The notes under the pieces are model-generated. The model saw only the letters and a program-made list of their open reading frames with translations, searched no databases and was not told where the DNA came from. The position numbers and the translations under genes were made by a program. From Patescibacteria group bacterium (GTDB lineage: Bacteria; Patescibacteriota; Patescibacteriia; PEXW01), in NCBI GenBank assembly GCA_038063455.1, contig JBBTVB010000006.1, forward strand, positions 39,234 through 103,233: a stretch of DNA of 64,000 bases, given 5' to 3'. Position 1 is the stretch's first letter. Each line of letters begins with the position of its first letter. Below, one piece after another: positions 44,676 through 52,763 of this stretch.

Positions 44676-44924
44676 GTGAGCACAGATCAAGAAAAGATCA
44701 ACCTAGAATTATCACACCTGGACGAAAATCAAAAACGCTTATATGCAGAGGCTCTTGCTGAGGGCTATAAAGACAAAGTGTGTTCAGAGTGCGGGATAGT
44801 GCTACTGGCTTTCCATCATTTCATAAGATGCGGGTCAGAAACTTGTCCGGAAAAAATTCGTGGTGCTGATGGAAAGGCGCAAAGCTTACTAGATATGGCT
44901 TTGAAACCTGATGCAAAAAGCTGA
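44676..44924 (+). CDS. Small Cys-containing hypothetical protein (low-GC gene adjacent to tRNA-Gln)
   Basis: 82 aa with a GTG start after the RBS GGAGGGG. It has CxxC...C..C. Confidence 0.3.
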   Translation: MSTDQEKINLELSHLDENQKRLYAEALAEGYKDKVCSECGIVLLAFHHFIRCGSETCPEKIRGADGKAQSLLDMALKPDAKS

Positions 44925-44944
44925 TAAACCAAAAACATAGAAGC

Positions 44945-44975
44945 GAGACCCGCGATAGCATCAAGGGTCTTTTTT
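44945..44975. terminator. Hairpin GAGACCC-N13-GGGTCTT + TTTTTAC
   Basis: It lies between convergent genes. Confidence 0.45.
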
Positions 44976-44992
44976 ACGAGATGAAAATGGAC

Positions 44993-45919
44993 CTACACTT
45001 TCAAGTACCGCCGCGTGGCAATGGTCGAACTTAGCGTGCTCAACAGCAAAGCACCCAAGAATTGCCAGCCGACAATAGACCACAGGTTCTGCTGCAGCAC
45101 CGTGCCCAAGTTGACGGTGGTATCTTTGAAAAAGAATGCATGCAGCGCGGGGGCTGCGCTTTGCCAAATAAGCACGATAACGGTAATGGCAATGCCTGCG
45201 CCGATAATGCTGTAGAGAATACTTTCGATGATGAATGGTGAGCGAATGAAGGCGTTCGACGCGCCTACCAGACGCATGATGCCAATTTCTTCGCGATGGG
45301 TGTAGATGGCAATGCGAATGGTGTTGAAGACGACGATAAGCGAGAGGAAGGCAAACACACTACTGACCAGCAGGCCAATATCACGCACGCGATTGGTTAA
45401 GGTGGTCAGCTTTTCAATGACCAGTTGGCTATCTTTAAAATCTCGTTTGCTGTCGGCAACCAACTTGGCATTCTCGTCCAAATCCACGAATGCGAGAATA
45501 CTGTCGTAATTGGCAATATTCTTCGCCTTCAGGGTCACACTGGCAGGCAGCGGGTTGTCCGTGAGCTCAGCGAGCAAGTTTTGAATATTCGGGTCGCCGG
45601 CATGATTTTGCTTGAACGTCTCAAGCGCGTCGACCTTGCTCTGGTACACCACGCTCGCTACGAGGGGCTGCTCTTGCAGGCGTTCGATAAATGCCGTCGT
45701 ATCTGCGTCCGAAATATCCGGGACCAGCTCCAGGGTGACGTCAACCCGCTGCTCAACCGTTGCGAGCGCTCGGTGGCCAAGCACGTTGATGGCCGCCACC
45801 AGGCTAACGGAAAACACCGCCACCGCCACAATGATAATAGTCATGATGGACAGCCAGAGATTCCGTCGGAAATTCTGGAGGGCAAACCGGAAGGCGCGCG
45901 TAGTTTGGAGCAGGATCAT
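44993..45919 (-). CDS. ftsX: Cell division permease FtsX
   Basis: It has 4 TM helices with a large periplasmic loop. It overlaps ftsE by 4 nt. Confidence 0.85.
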   Translation of the reverse strand: MILLQTTRAFRFALQNFRRNLWLSIMTIIIVAVAVFSVSLVAAINVLGHRALATVEQRVDVTLELVPDISDADTTAFIERLQEQPLVASVVYQSKVDALETFKQNHAGDPNIQNLLAELTDNPLPASVTLKAKNIANYDSILAFVDLDENAKLVADSKRDFKDSQLVIEKLTTLTNRVRDIGLLVSSVFAFLSLIVVFNTIRIAIYTHREEIGIMRLVGASNAFIRSPFIIESILYSIIGAGIAITVIVLIWQSAAPALHAFFFKDTTVNLGTVLQQNLWSIVGWQFLGALLLSTLSSTIATRRYLKV

Positions 45920-46596
45920 AGGCGGTACTTCCCAGTAGCTTGGTCGGACACGAGGTGGCCGCGATCCAGGGTGATAACACGCTTGCGCAAGCTATTCACG
46001 ATTTCCCGGTTATGCGTCACCAGCACCACCGTGGTGCCAAAGGAATTTATTTTAAGCAGGAGTTCAATAATCTCGTTGGCGTTAATAGCGTCTAAGTTGC
46101 CCGTCGGCTCGTCGGCGAGGAGAATTTTTGGTCGGTGCACTAGGGCGCGGGCAATAACCGTACGCTGCTGCTCGCCGCCGCTTACCTCCCGCGGGAAACG
46201 ATGCATCTTCTGCTCCAGCCCGACAATCTTGAACACCTGCGGCACAATCTGCTGGATTTTTGAGGGCAGCGCGCCAGACACTTCAAGGGCAAACGCGACA
46301 TTCTCGAACAAGGTTTTCTGGGGCAAGAGTTTGAAATCTTGAAAAACCACGCCAATCTGCCGGCGCAGCAACGGCACGTCGGCCATGGGAATATTCGTAA
46401 TGTCCCAGTCACCAATAATCACGCGTCCTTCGCTGACGTGTTCTTCGGCAATAATCAGTTTGGCAAAGGTAGTCTTGCCTGTCCCCGACTGGCCAACAAT
46501 GGACACAAACTCACCCGCCTCAATACTCACGCTCACATCTTTAAGCGCGTTGACCCCGTGCGGGTAGAATTTTGAAACGCGCTCAAAAGTAATCAT
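45916..46596 (-). CDS. ftsE: Cell division ATP-binding protein FtsE
   Basis: ABC ATPase motifs: Walker A GQSGTGKTT, signature LSGGEQQR, Walker B ILLADEPT. Confidence 0.9.
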   Translation of the reverse strand: MITFERVSKFYPHGVNALKDVSVSIEAGEFVSIVGQSGTGKTTFAKLIIAEEHVSEGRVIIGDWDITNIPMADVPLLRRQIGVVFQDFKLLPQKTLFENVAFALEVSGALPSKIQQIVPQVFKIVGLEQKMHRFPREVSGGEQQRTVIARALVHRPKILLADEPTGNLDAINANEIIELLLKINSFGTTVVLVTHNREIVNSLRKRVITLDRGHLVSDQATGKYRL

Positions 46597-48560
46597 TTGA
46601 GGTTTGCAAAACCAATGCTAAGGGCTTTTTCTGTGTCTGCATACTGTTTCGCTGCCGATGCGGCACCCAGCACGACAGTGACGATTGTTCGGCCCGTGGT
46701 TTTACCTTTTACTTGTGTAATTAAGCAATTACCAGACTCTTCGATGTAGCCGGTCTTAATGCCCGTAACCTGCCAGTCAGTCTCCAGCATTTTATTTCGG
46801 TTCTTAATGGTGTGGGCTTTTTTCGTATTGAGCGTACTAAAACTGTAACTGGTTTTTACTGCGACTTTGGCAATCTGTGGCTTACTCAAAGCTATTGCAG
46901 CCAGTTTTGCCATATCGGCCGCCGACCCTTGGTTGGCAGGGTCGAGACCGGTTGGGTCGGCAAAGGTGAGTGAATCGAGTCCTAAGGCTTTGGCCTTATC
47001 GTTCATGAGCTTCACAAACTGCGCTTCGGTAAGCTTCGTCGAGCGAGCCAGTGCCCGGGTAGCATTGTTTGCCGAACCAATAAGCATGGCATGCCACAAG
47101 TCGTTGGTAGTCATGGTTTCGCCCACGCTCACGTACAGGCACGAACAAATGGCGCCGTCGGTCTTTTGGTAGGTAACAATATTTTTAAACGATGGGTTGC
47201 GATCAAGGTAAACCAATGCCGTCATGAGTTTCGTTAGGCTGGCTACTGGGTGTCGCTCGTCAATATTTTTGCCTGCCACCACCATACCTTTGTCGACATC
47301 GTAGGCAATGGCCGCTGTGCTACTTACGGGCAATGCTACTAGAGCAGTGCTACCGGGATCCGTCGGTGGTAGGGTCGGCTGCGAGGCATCAATCGATTCT
47401 CCTAAAACTTTAGGATCTACGACAGCCACCTTCACCTGGGCTAAGCCGCCATTCTTGCCCTTAATCTTTTTAAAGGCTGTGGAGACAAGGTCAATCACCC
47501 GCCCGCGGACGTACGGCCCGCGCGAAACCACCTTGACCACGGTGGATTTATTATTCTCTAGGTTAGTAACCTTGAGCTTCGTCCCCATGGGGTAACGGTT
47601 GTGCGCCACGCCGTCCGGGTACTTGCGGCTAGCGTACCAGCTGGCAATCCCAATTTCCTCGCCCAGGTCATCCACCACCACCACGTAACCCGCAACGTAC
47701 ACCGTGTTGCCTTGCGTGAGTTCCCACACCTTCTTGGCTGGATTGTAGAAGAGTACGCGCTGGCGCAAAAAACCTTTTTGCGAAACTTTGGGTTGTATAA
47801 CCGCGCCCTTGGCCATCCGCATTAGCACGCCTGCATCTGTGCGAAATGCCAAGAATGCTGCAGGGCTTCTTTGGCTGTAGCGTATTGGGAGTGGTGCCGG
47901 TAGCGCTAGGTCGGGAGTCAAAATAAAAGCCGCTGGTTCAACCAAGGCTTGTGCCCGTAGCGTGTAGGTTGCGGTTGCAGTCGCGGTGCTCATGGCTAGC
48001 GAACCCACGGGTACGGGCAGTATTTGCGTTTGAGGCGTAACCGCAACATCCGGCCCAAGCGCACTGGGCGCCGTTGCGGTGTCAGTAACCGGGACCAGCG
48101 TGGTGTGGAGCCAGCGTGTCGTGCCAATCATCATGTTGGCCGCATCAAGTTTTGTGCCTACAATATTCCACATGTTTGCCACTGGGTCGTACCCCAGCAA
48201 AACCGTAGCGGTGCTTGGCACCGGCGTAGCTTTTACCTTTAGCCAAAGTGTGTTACTCGCTTGGGTTTCGGAGGCGACAGTATCAATCTGCAAACGAAAG
48301 ACCGTCCCGGCTGCAAGGTAGCGCGCGGGCAACGGTATAGGAAGGGGCGCATCTGGCGTAATGGTAACGTTTGCCGGCGCGCTAAAAAGGTTGGGGCGCA
48401 AGCCAAGAATAAACTGGTCGCCCACCCGAACTTCCGTACCCTTGGAGGCGTAGTCGGTGGTCAGCTCCCGCACTGTCGGCTCGGCAGCACTGGCTGGCAG
48501 CGCAACTGCAAGCAACGCGAGGAGACTAAGTGTTATGATAATTTGCGGTCTACTTGTCAT
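46593..48560 (-). CDS. Secreted fusion protein: RlpA-like double-psi beta-barrel domain + D-alanyl-D-alanine carboxypeptidase (S11) domain
   Basis: It has a signal peptide. The RlpA-like core is IGIASWYASRKYPDGVAHNRYPMGTKLKVTNLENNKSTVVKVVSRGPYVRGRVIDLS. The S11 motifs are SLTK (SxxK), SAN (SxN) and KTGY (KTG). Confidence 0.65.
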   Translation of the reverse strand: MTSRPQIIITLSLLALLAVALPASAAEPTVRELTTDYASKGTEVRVGDQFILGLRPNLFSAPANVTITPDAPLPIPLPARYLAAGTVFRLQIDTVASETQASNTLWLKVKATPVPSTATVLLGYDPVANMWNIVGTKLDAANMMIGTTRWLHTTLVPVTDTATAPSALGPDVAVTPQTQILPVPVGSLAMSTATATATYTLRAQALVEPAAFILTPDLALPAPLPIRYSQRSPAAFLAFRTDAGVLMRMAKGAVIQPKVSQKGFLRQRVLFYNPAKKVWELTQGNTVYVAGYVVVVDDLGEEIGIASWYASRKYPDGVAHNRYPMGTKLKVTNLENNKSTVVKVVSRGPYVRGRVIDLVSTAFKKIKGKNGGLAQVKVAVVDPKVLGESIDASQPTLPPTDPGSTALVALPVSSTAAIAYDVDKGMVVAGKNIDERHPVASLTKLMTALVYLDRNPSFKNIVTYQKTDGAICSCLYVSVGETMTTNDLWHAMLIGSANNATRALARSTKLTEAQFVKLMNDKAKALGLDSLTFADPTGLDPANQGSAADMAKLAAIALSKPQIAKVAVKTSYSFSTLNTKKAHTIKNRNKMLETDWQVTGIKTGYIEESGNCLITQVKGKTTGRTIVTVVLGAASAAKQYADTEKALSIGFANLK

Positions 48561-48599
48561 ACGTGCAATGATTGGTTACACTCGATTTCGCGGTACCTG

Positions 48600-48673
48600 C
48601 GGGTATAGTACAGTGGTAGTATGCGTCCTTCCCATGGATGAGATACGGGTTCGATTCCCGTTACCCGCTCCAG
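48600..48673 (+). tRNA. tRNA-Gly (anticodon CCC)
   Basis: Acceptor GCGGGTA/TACCCGC, anticodon loop TTCCCAT, T-arm ACGGG-TTCGATT-CCCGT. CCA is encoded. Confidence 0.8.
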
Positions 48674-48743
48674 AGGTAAGCTTGCCAATTTGGAGTCTTA
48701 GACTGAACAGAGGTTTATACTTTGAATAGACAGAGGGAATCGA

Positions 48744-48857
48744 ACGGGTGCGACCCATTGGGAGCACCCCGGCCCACAGGGCGATTCCCGTTACCCGCTC
48801 CAGCTCGTTTCGCGCTTCGTGCTCGCGTACGCTGCGCACCTGTCGCGCGGGGACCCC
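48744..48857. repeat. Degenerate tRNA fragments: inverted copy of motif GGGGTGCTCCCRATGGGTCGCACCCGT (48744-48770), then a duplicated tRNA-Gly 3' end (T-arm + acceptor + CCA) fused to a truncated trailer element ending GGGGACCCC
   Basis: gattcccgttacccgctcca at 48783-48802 repeats the tRNA-Gly 3' 20 nt. The following ccagctcgtttcgcgc...cgcggggacccc parallels the trailers after the other tRNAs. Confidence 0.6.
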
Positions 48858-48878
48858 AGGGGAAAGTTTGAAAGATGT

Positions 48879-48954
48879 GCCGATGTAGCTCAGCTGGTAG
48901 AGCAATGCTTTCGTAAAGCATGGGTCGGAGGTTCGAATCCTCTCATCGGCTCCA
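48879..48954 (+). tRNA. tRNA-Thr (anticodon CGU)
   Basis: Acceptor GCCGATG/CATCGGC, anticodon loop TTCGTAA, T-arm GGAGG-TTCGAAT-CCTCT. CCA is encoded. Confidence 0.8.
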
Positions 48955-49097
48955 GCTCGTTACGGGCGTCGGGTTCCGCGTCCCCGCATCCGCGAGGCCG
49001 CTGCACCCTCAACCCGCAACTTCGCTTGACCCCACGACCGCGTGCTCGTCGTCCCGCGCAAGCGCGTGACTCCTGCGCGCCACGCTCGTGGGGACCC
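48955..49097 (+). repeat. Conserved tRNA 3'-trailer element, copy A (core 49023-49097: CGCTTGACCCCACGACCGCGTGCTC...GCGCGCCACGCTCGTGGGGACCCC)
   Basis: It starts immediately after the CCA with GCTCGTTACG. Copies also follow tRNA-Trp and tRNA-Thr(GGU), and there is internal dyad symmetry (CCCCACGA...TCGTGGGG). Confidence 0.65.
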
Positions 49098-49104
49098 CGG
49101 GAAG

Positions 49105-50214
49105 CTATTCCTGCGTGTTTGTATTTGCGTCAGCTTCAGGGTCACAGGCAGGCTCGGTTTTTGCTTGCACGCCGCACTCGGCTTCCCACCGGAATCGGGG
49201 TTCGAACAGCATTACCCGGCTTTCCTTCACTTTCGTATTTACCGTATCTTGTAGCCAGGTGTTAAAGTTGGGGGCTTTCAAAATTCGGCGCAGCGTGTAC
49301 ATCGTGCCATCGGCCTTCTTGGCGGCAGCTTCGGTTTTTTCCACCTGTACAATTTCGTAGCCGCGTGTGGTTTCCAGCACCTCGCTCACCTGCCCGGCCT
49401 TTAAGGCTTTCAGGGCTGTTGCTGCATCCCCGTACGCTTCTTCAAGCTGCTTGGTATTCAAAGCATCGAGCAAGCCACTCTTGGCTGCCGAGGCATCGTC
49501 GCTCTTCGCTTTAGCCACATCACCAAAAGTCTTGGCGTCTTTGGCAACGCCGTCCCGAATCCCCTGCGTTTCTTTCTTGGCGTCTGCATAAAACCCCGCC
49601 GCAATCTTATCCTGCACCACTTGCGGTTTTATGAGTTTGGCTTTGAACTGTGCCACGTCCCAGCCGTAAAGCTGCTGGATGTACTTTTCAACCTCCGTGG
49701 CATTGCCCGACTGCTCGACATAACTGTCGTAGGTTGCATCAATATCGGCTTGCGTAACGGTAATATTTTTTTCCTCAGCAATTGTGTTAAGTACGCTTTC
49801 CCCGACCATCTTATTTAAAATAATCCGGCGCGTGTATACATCCTGGCTCAGACCCAGTTTATCGGCAGCGTCAGGGGCAGCATTGCGTTCCAAAAAGCTA
49901 GAAATGTTTGGCACGTCGGTCTGGTATTCGTGGTACGACAGCCAATCCCCGCCCACCACGGCCACCGGGAATGGGATGTACTTGGCTAGCCACAGCAATG
50001 CATCATTTTGCCAGCTAAAACGCATGTAGCCTACGGCAAAAACCAAAACAATTGCCACAATACCTGCCCCAACCCACAGGCCAATACGCTTGAGCCAATG
50101 AATGTGTGGCGGGGGCAGTTGCTTGAGTTCTGGGTGGGCAGGATTTGGCAGCTCATGCTCTGGCTTGCTGAGTTCGCTGCGGACGGCTTCGTGATCGGGG
50201 TGGATGTCTGGCAT
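49105..50214 (-). CDS. Membrane-anchored SurA/PrsA-like chaperone-domain protein
   Basis: It has an N-terminal TM (IGLWVGAGIVAIVLVFAVGY) and a SurA-N-like helical domain. The assignment is weak. Confidence 0.4.
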   Translation of the reverse strand: MPDIHPDHEAVRSELSKPEHELPNPAHPELKQLPPPHIHWLKRIGLWVGAGIVAIVLVFAVGYMRFSWQNDALLWLAKYIPFPVAVVGGDWLSYHEYQTDVPNISSFLERNAAPDAADKLGLSQDVYTRRIILNKMVGESVLNTIAEEKNITVTQADIDATYDSYVEQSGNATEVEKYIQQLYGWDVAQFKAKLIKPQVVQDKIAAGFYADAKKETQGIRDGVAKDAKTFGDVAKAKSDDASAAKSGLLDALNTKQLEEAYGDAATALKALKAGQVSEVLETTRGYEIVQVEKTEAAAKKADGTMYTLRRILKAPNFNTWLQDTVNTKVKESRVMLFEPRFRWEAECGVQAKTEPACDPEADANTNTQE

Positions 50215-50219
50215 GGGAA

Positions 50220-50630
50220 TTAGTTACGGGCGGGCCTAAAGAAGAATTTCCACCAACGCTGAGAGTTCGACGTACCGCCAGCATCGGTGTGAGTTGCAAC
50301 TTCGGAATCGGTTGTAGAAAGTTGTCGGGTTTCGGGCAAGATGAGCAGGGATTCCCCGGGGCGCTGCACGTTCAGCCGCTTGCGGGCTTCCCGCTCGCGA
50401 AAGCTATCGGTGTTAATCGAGGCGACGTACTCGCCTAACGTTCGGTTTTGCGCTTCCAACTCGGCGATCTGCTGTTCCAGGGTAGCAACTTCTTCTCGAA
50501 GGGAAAGCCTGCGCACCACTTCTTTGGTAATGCCGACCACCAAAAAAGCGATAAGCAGTATTTCAAAAACGATCACGCCTCGAGACGTCAGCGCGCGCCG
50601 TAATGCTCGTTTGCGTTCTTGATTTCTCAT
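50220..50630 (-). CDS. Septum formation initiator FtsB/DivIC-like
   Basis: 136 aa with one TM (VIVFEILLIAFLVVGI) then a coiled coil (LREEVATLEQQIAELEAQNRTL). Confidence 0.55.
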   Translation of the reverse strand: MRNQERKRALRRALTSRGVIVFEILLIAFLVVGITKEVVRRLSLREEVATLEQQIAELEAQNRTLGEYVASINTDSFREREARKRLNVQRPGESLLILPETRQLSTTDSEVATHTDAGGTSNSQRWWKFFFRPARN

Positions 50631-50713
50631 GGCAGGACATTGGTTTTACGCTTGTACATTGTCACACAATCGTCTGTGTTCGTCAACCCAGGACCACTTT
50701 GCACCTGTTACAA

Positions 50714-51397
50714 CTAGACTATTTCCTCACGCGTAACCTCGCGTGCATCACCGGGGGCGAGCGCACCAAGCACAAGCCTGTTAATACGCACTCGAGTAAG
50801 ACGCAGAACATCCACCTGGACCCGCCCAAACATGCGACGGATTTGCCGCTTCCAGCCCTGGTGTAAAACCACGCGATAGGTCTTTGGTCCGACCTCTTCT
50901 AGCTTGTCAAAATAGGCCCGACCCTCTTGGAGCTTTACCCCTTGCCGCAGCTCGGCCAGTGCATCAGCATCCAAATGGTGCGACGTGCCAATTTCGTACT
51001 CTTTTTCGTGCTGGAAGCGCGGGTGGGTTAGCTCATTTGCAAGCGCGCCGTCATTGGTCAGCAGCATGAGCCCCTCGGAGTCCTTGTCGAGGCGGCCGGC
51101 AATAACTAGGTCGCGCACGCCTGGGATGATGTCATAAATGGTTCGCTCACTTTTGTACTGCGCCCGCGTCGAAACCACGCCAACAGGTTTGTTGACGGCA
51201 AGATACCGAAACGTCGTAGGTGGTTTTAAGTCGATCCCATCCACCCGCACCGTATCTTTTTCCGGGTCAATACTGGTGCCGAGCTTGGCGACTTGCAAGC
51301 CATTTACAAAAACTTTCCCAGCCGAAATCAGCGTCTCGGCTTTCCGCCGTGACACTATGCCGGTACTGGCAATGAATTTATGGAGACGGGTCAACAT
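50714..51397 (-). CDS. Pseudouridine synthase, RsuA/RluB family
   Basis: It has an S4 domain (KFIASTGIVSRRKAETLISAGKVFVNG) and the catalytic motif GRLDKDSEGLMLLTNDG. Confidence 0.8.
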   Translation of the reverse strand: MLTRLHKFIASTGIVSRRKAETLISAGKVFVNGLQVAKLGTSIDPEKDTVRVDGIDLKPPTTFRYLAVNKPVGVVSTRAQYKSERTIYDIIPGVRDLVIAGRLDKDSEGLMLLTNDGALANELTHPRFQHEKEYEIGTSHHLDADALAELRQGVKLQEGRAYFDKLEEVGPKTYRVVLHQGWKRQIRRMFGRVQVDVLRLTRVRINRLVLGALAPGDAREVTREEIV

Positions 51398-51407
51398 AGC
51401 TATGCTT

Positions 51408-51541
51408 GGGGTCCCCGTGAGCGTGGCGCGCACGAACGCAGTGAGGAGCACGCGGTCATGGGGTCAAGCGAGGCTTCGTCCCCGACTGCGGAGCGGGTTC
51501 GGCGCTGGCGGATACGCGGAGCGAAGAGGGGCGAAACGAGC
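51408..51541 (-). repeat. Conserved tRNA 3'-trailer element, copy B (downstream of tRNA-Trp)
   Basis: On the minus strand the sequence after the CCA reads GCTCGTTTCGCCCC...CGCTTGACCCCATGACCGCGTGCTC...GCGCGCCACGCTCACGGGGACCCC. Confidence 0.65.
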
Positions 51542-51616
51542 TGGCGGGGGCACTAGGATTCGAACCTAGAATAACGGTTTTGGAGACCGTTGTGATAACC
51601 GTTTCACCATGCCCCC
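51542..51616 (-). tRNA. tRNA-Trp (anticodon CCA)
   Basis: Minus-strand cloverleaf: acceptor GGGGGCA/TGCCCCC, anticodon loop CTCCAAA, T-arm CTAGG-TTCGAAT-CCTAG. CCA is encoded. Confidence 0.8.
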
Positions 51617-51622
51617 AAGTTG

Positions 51623-51868
51623 TTAAGCAATAGCGAGACGTTTCTTCAATGCTTGCAATGCGGAGCCATATGCTTTCAATTTCTGTTCTCGCACCCTTGC
51701 CAAAGCTTCGTTATTATAAGCTTCATAATACACCAGCTCTGGCTTATCCATGTGGCGCGTTGTTTGCGTCTGACCTTGCGCGTGTTCAGCGAGGCGACGC
51801 TGAAGATTGTTGGTCGAGCCAATATAATTTCGACCCTGTGCATCCTTTAGTAAATAGACGTAATACAT
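51623..51868 (-). CDS. GIY-YIG nuclease-domain protein (UPF0213-like, ~81 aa)
   Basis: MYYVYLLKDAQGRNYIGSTNNLQRRLAEHAQG is a textbook GIY-YIG motif (YxVYxL...G..YIGsT.NL.rRL.eH). The ORF-track start at 51937 lies inside an upstream hairpin. Confidence 0.7.
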   Translation of the reverse strand: MYYVYLLKDAQGRNYIGSTNNLQRRLAEHAQGQTQTTRHMDKPELVYYEAYNNEALARVREQKLKAYGSALQALKKRLAIA

Positions 51869-51939
51869 AGTGGTTTTGGACCCAGCCCTTCGCGAAGGGC
51901 TGGGTAGAGACCGCTGCCTGCCCAGCCATGCGCGCATGG

Positions 51940-51965
51940 CTGGGTGATAGCCGTTTCACCATGCC
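51940..51965 (-). repeat. Duplicated 5' fragment of tRNA-Trp (acceptor 5' strand + D-arm; 24/26 identical) upstream of the GIY-YIG ORF
   Basis: The minus strand has GGGGGCATGGTGAAACGGCTATCACC, against GGGGGCATGGTGAAACGGTTATCACA in the intact gene. Two GC-rich hairpins follow. Confidence 0.65.
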
Positions 51966-51995
51966 CCCATAGGGTGTAAACGCGTTGTAAAGACG

Positions 51996-52151
51996 TTATT
52001 TCGTTTCCTTATGCAACGTATGCTTGCCGCACCAGGTGCAGTGTTTCTTCAACTCTAAGCGACCCTTGAGGGTCTTCTTATTTTTTTTCGAATGGTAGTT
52101 TACGTGCTTGCAAACTGTGCACTCGAGATTTATCAGGTTGTCTTGGGACAT
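51996..52151 (-). CDS. rpmG: 50S ribosomal protein L33
   Basis: [51 protein letters not shown] shows the Zn-ribbon L33 pattern. Confidence 0.8.
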   Translation of the reverse strand: MSQDNLINLECTVCKHVNYHSKKNKKTLKGRLELKKHCTWCGKHTLHKETK

Positions 52152-52190
52152 ACTATTATGAGTAATGAAGAAATGTATTAAATATTTCGC

Positions 52191-52266
52191 TGGAGCCACC
52201 CGTCGGATTCGAACCGACGACCTTCGCTTTACAAAAGCGTTGCTCTACCAGCTGAGCTAGGGTGGC
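52191..52266 (-). tRNA. tRNA-Thr (anticodon UGU)
   Basis: Acceptor GCCACCC/GGGTGGC, anticodon loop TTTGTAA, T-arm GTCGG-TTCGAAT-CCGAC. CCA is encoded. It lies 39 nt upstream of rpmG. Confidence 0.8.
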
Positions 52267-52287
52267 CTAGGTTCTGGTAACCGAGGT

Positions 52288-52360
52288 GCCGGAGACCCCG
52301 CCGTGGCGGGGCGACCTTCGCTTTACAAAAGCGTTGCTCTACCAGCTGAGCTACTCCGGC
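52288..52360 (-). pseudogene. tRNA-Thr(UGU)-derived pseudo-tRNA: own acceptor stem (GCCGGAG/CTCCGGC), intact D- and anticodon arms identical over ~42 nt to tRNA-Thr(UGU), T-arm replaced by GC hairpin CCCCGCC-GTG-GCGGGG
   Basis: Minus-strand read: GCCGGAGTAGCTCAGCTGGTAGAGCAACGCTTTTGTAAAGCGAAGGTCGCCCCGCCACGGCGGGGTCTCCGGC. There is no TΨC loop. Confidence 0.55.
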
Positions 52361-52440
52361 AAGATTTTGAAGAACTACGAGGATCCCGCGTCCGCCTCCA
52401 TAGTAGCAGCAAACGGGCGGGACAAAAGCGTTGCTCTTCC

Positions 52441-52557
52441 GGGGTGCTCCCGATGGGTCGCACCCGTCCCGCCTACGGCGGGACCCAGCTGAGTCCCGAC
52501 ACCGCGTTGCGGTGTCGCGGATCCTCGCCCCGACGATGCTACGTCGTGGGCGGGACT
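52441..52557. repeat. Composite repeat block: GGGGTGCTCCCGATGGGTCGCACCCGT motif, hairpin GTCCCGCC-TAC-GGCGGGAC, and ~65-nt element GAGTCCCGAC-hairpin-GGATCCTCGCCCCGACG...CGTCGTGGGCGGGACTA (second copy at 52887-52950)
   Basis: All motifs recur elsewhere in the window: 48744-48770 (inverted), 22268-22284, 24402-24419 and 52887-52950. Confidence 0.6.
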
Positions 52558-52622
52558 ATCCCGGCAAATTTTGAAAGTCAGTTGAGTGACATAGTCGTAC
52601 TTTTCAAGAATCTTCTCGGGGA

Positions 52623-52763
52623 TTCCCCACGAGCGTGGCGCGCAGGAGTCACGCGCTTGCGCGAGACGACGAGCACGCGGTCGTGGGGTCAAGCGAGGCT
52701 TCGTGCGATGGGCGCAGTGGGCTGCCGAATGGCGGCACACGGAGCTCGGAGCGCGAAACGAGC
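52623..52763 (-). repeat. Conserved tRNA 3'-trailer element, copy C (downstream of tRNA-Thr GGU)
   Basis: Minus strand after the CCA: GCTCGTTTCGCGC...CGCTTGACCCCACGACCGCGTGCTCGTCGTCTCGCGCAAGCGCGTGACTCCTGCGCGCCACGCTCGTGGGGAATC. It is about 97% identical to copy A over the 75-nt core. Confidence 0.65.

Noticed and set aside
48576-49265. ORFs 48576-48905 (-), 48715-48921 (-), 48819-49265 (+), 52303-52785 (+), 52375-52740 (-), 52635-53036 (+) over the tRNA region.
   Set aside because: They span tRNA genes and the GC-rich trailer repeats, and the translations are Arg/Pro/Ala-rich with no domain features. The underlying DNA is better explained as tRNA plus structured repeats.
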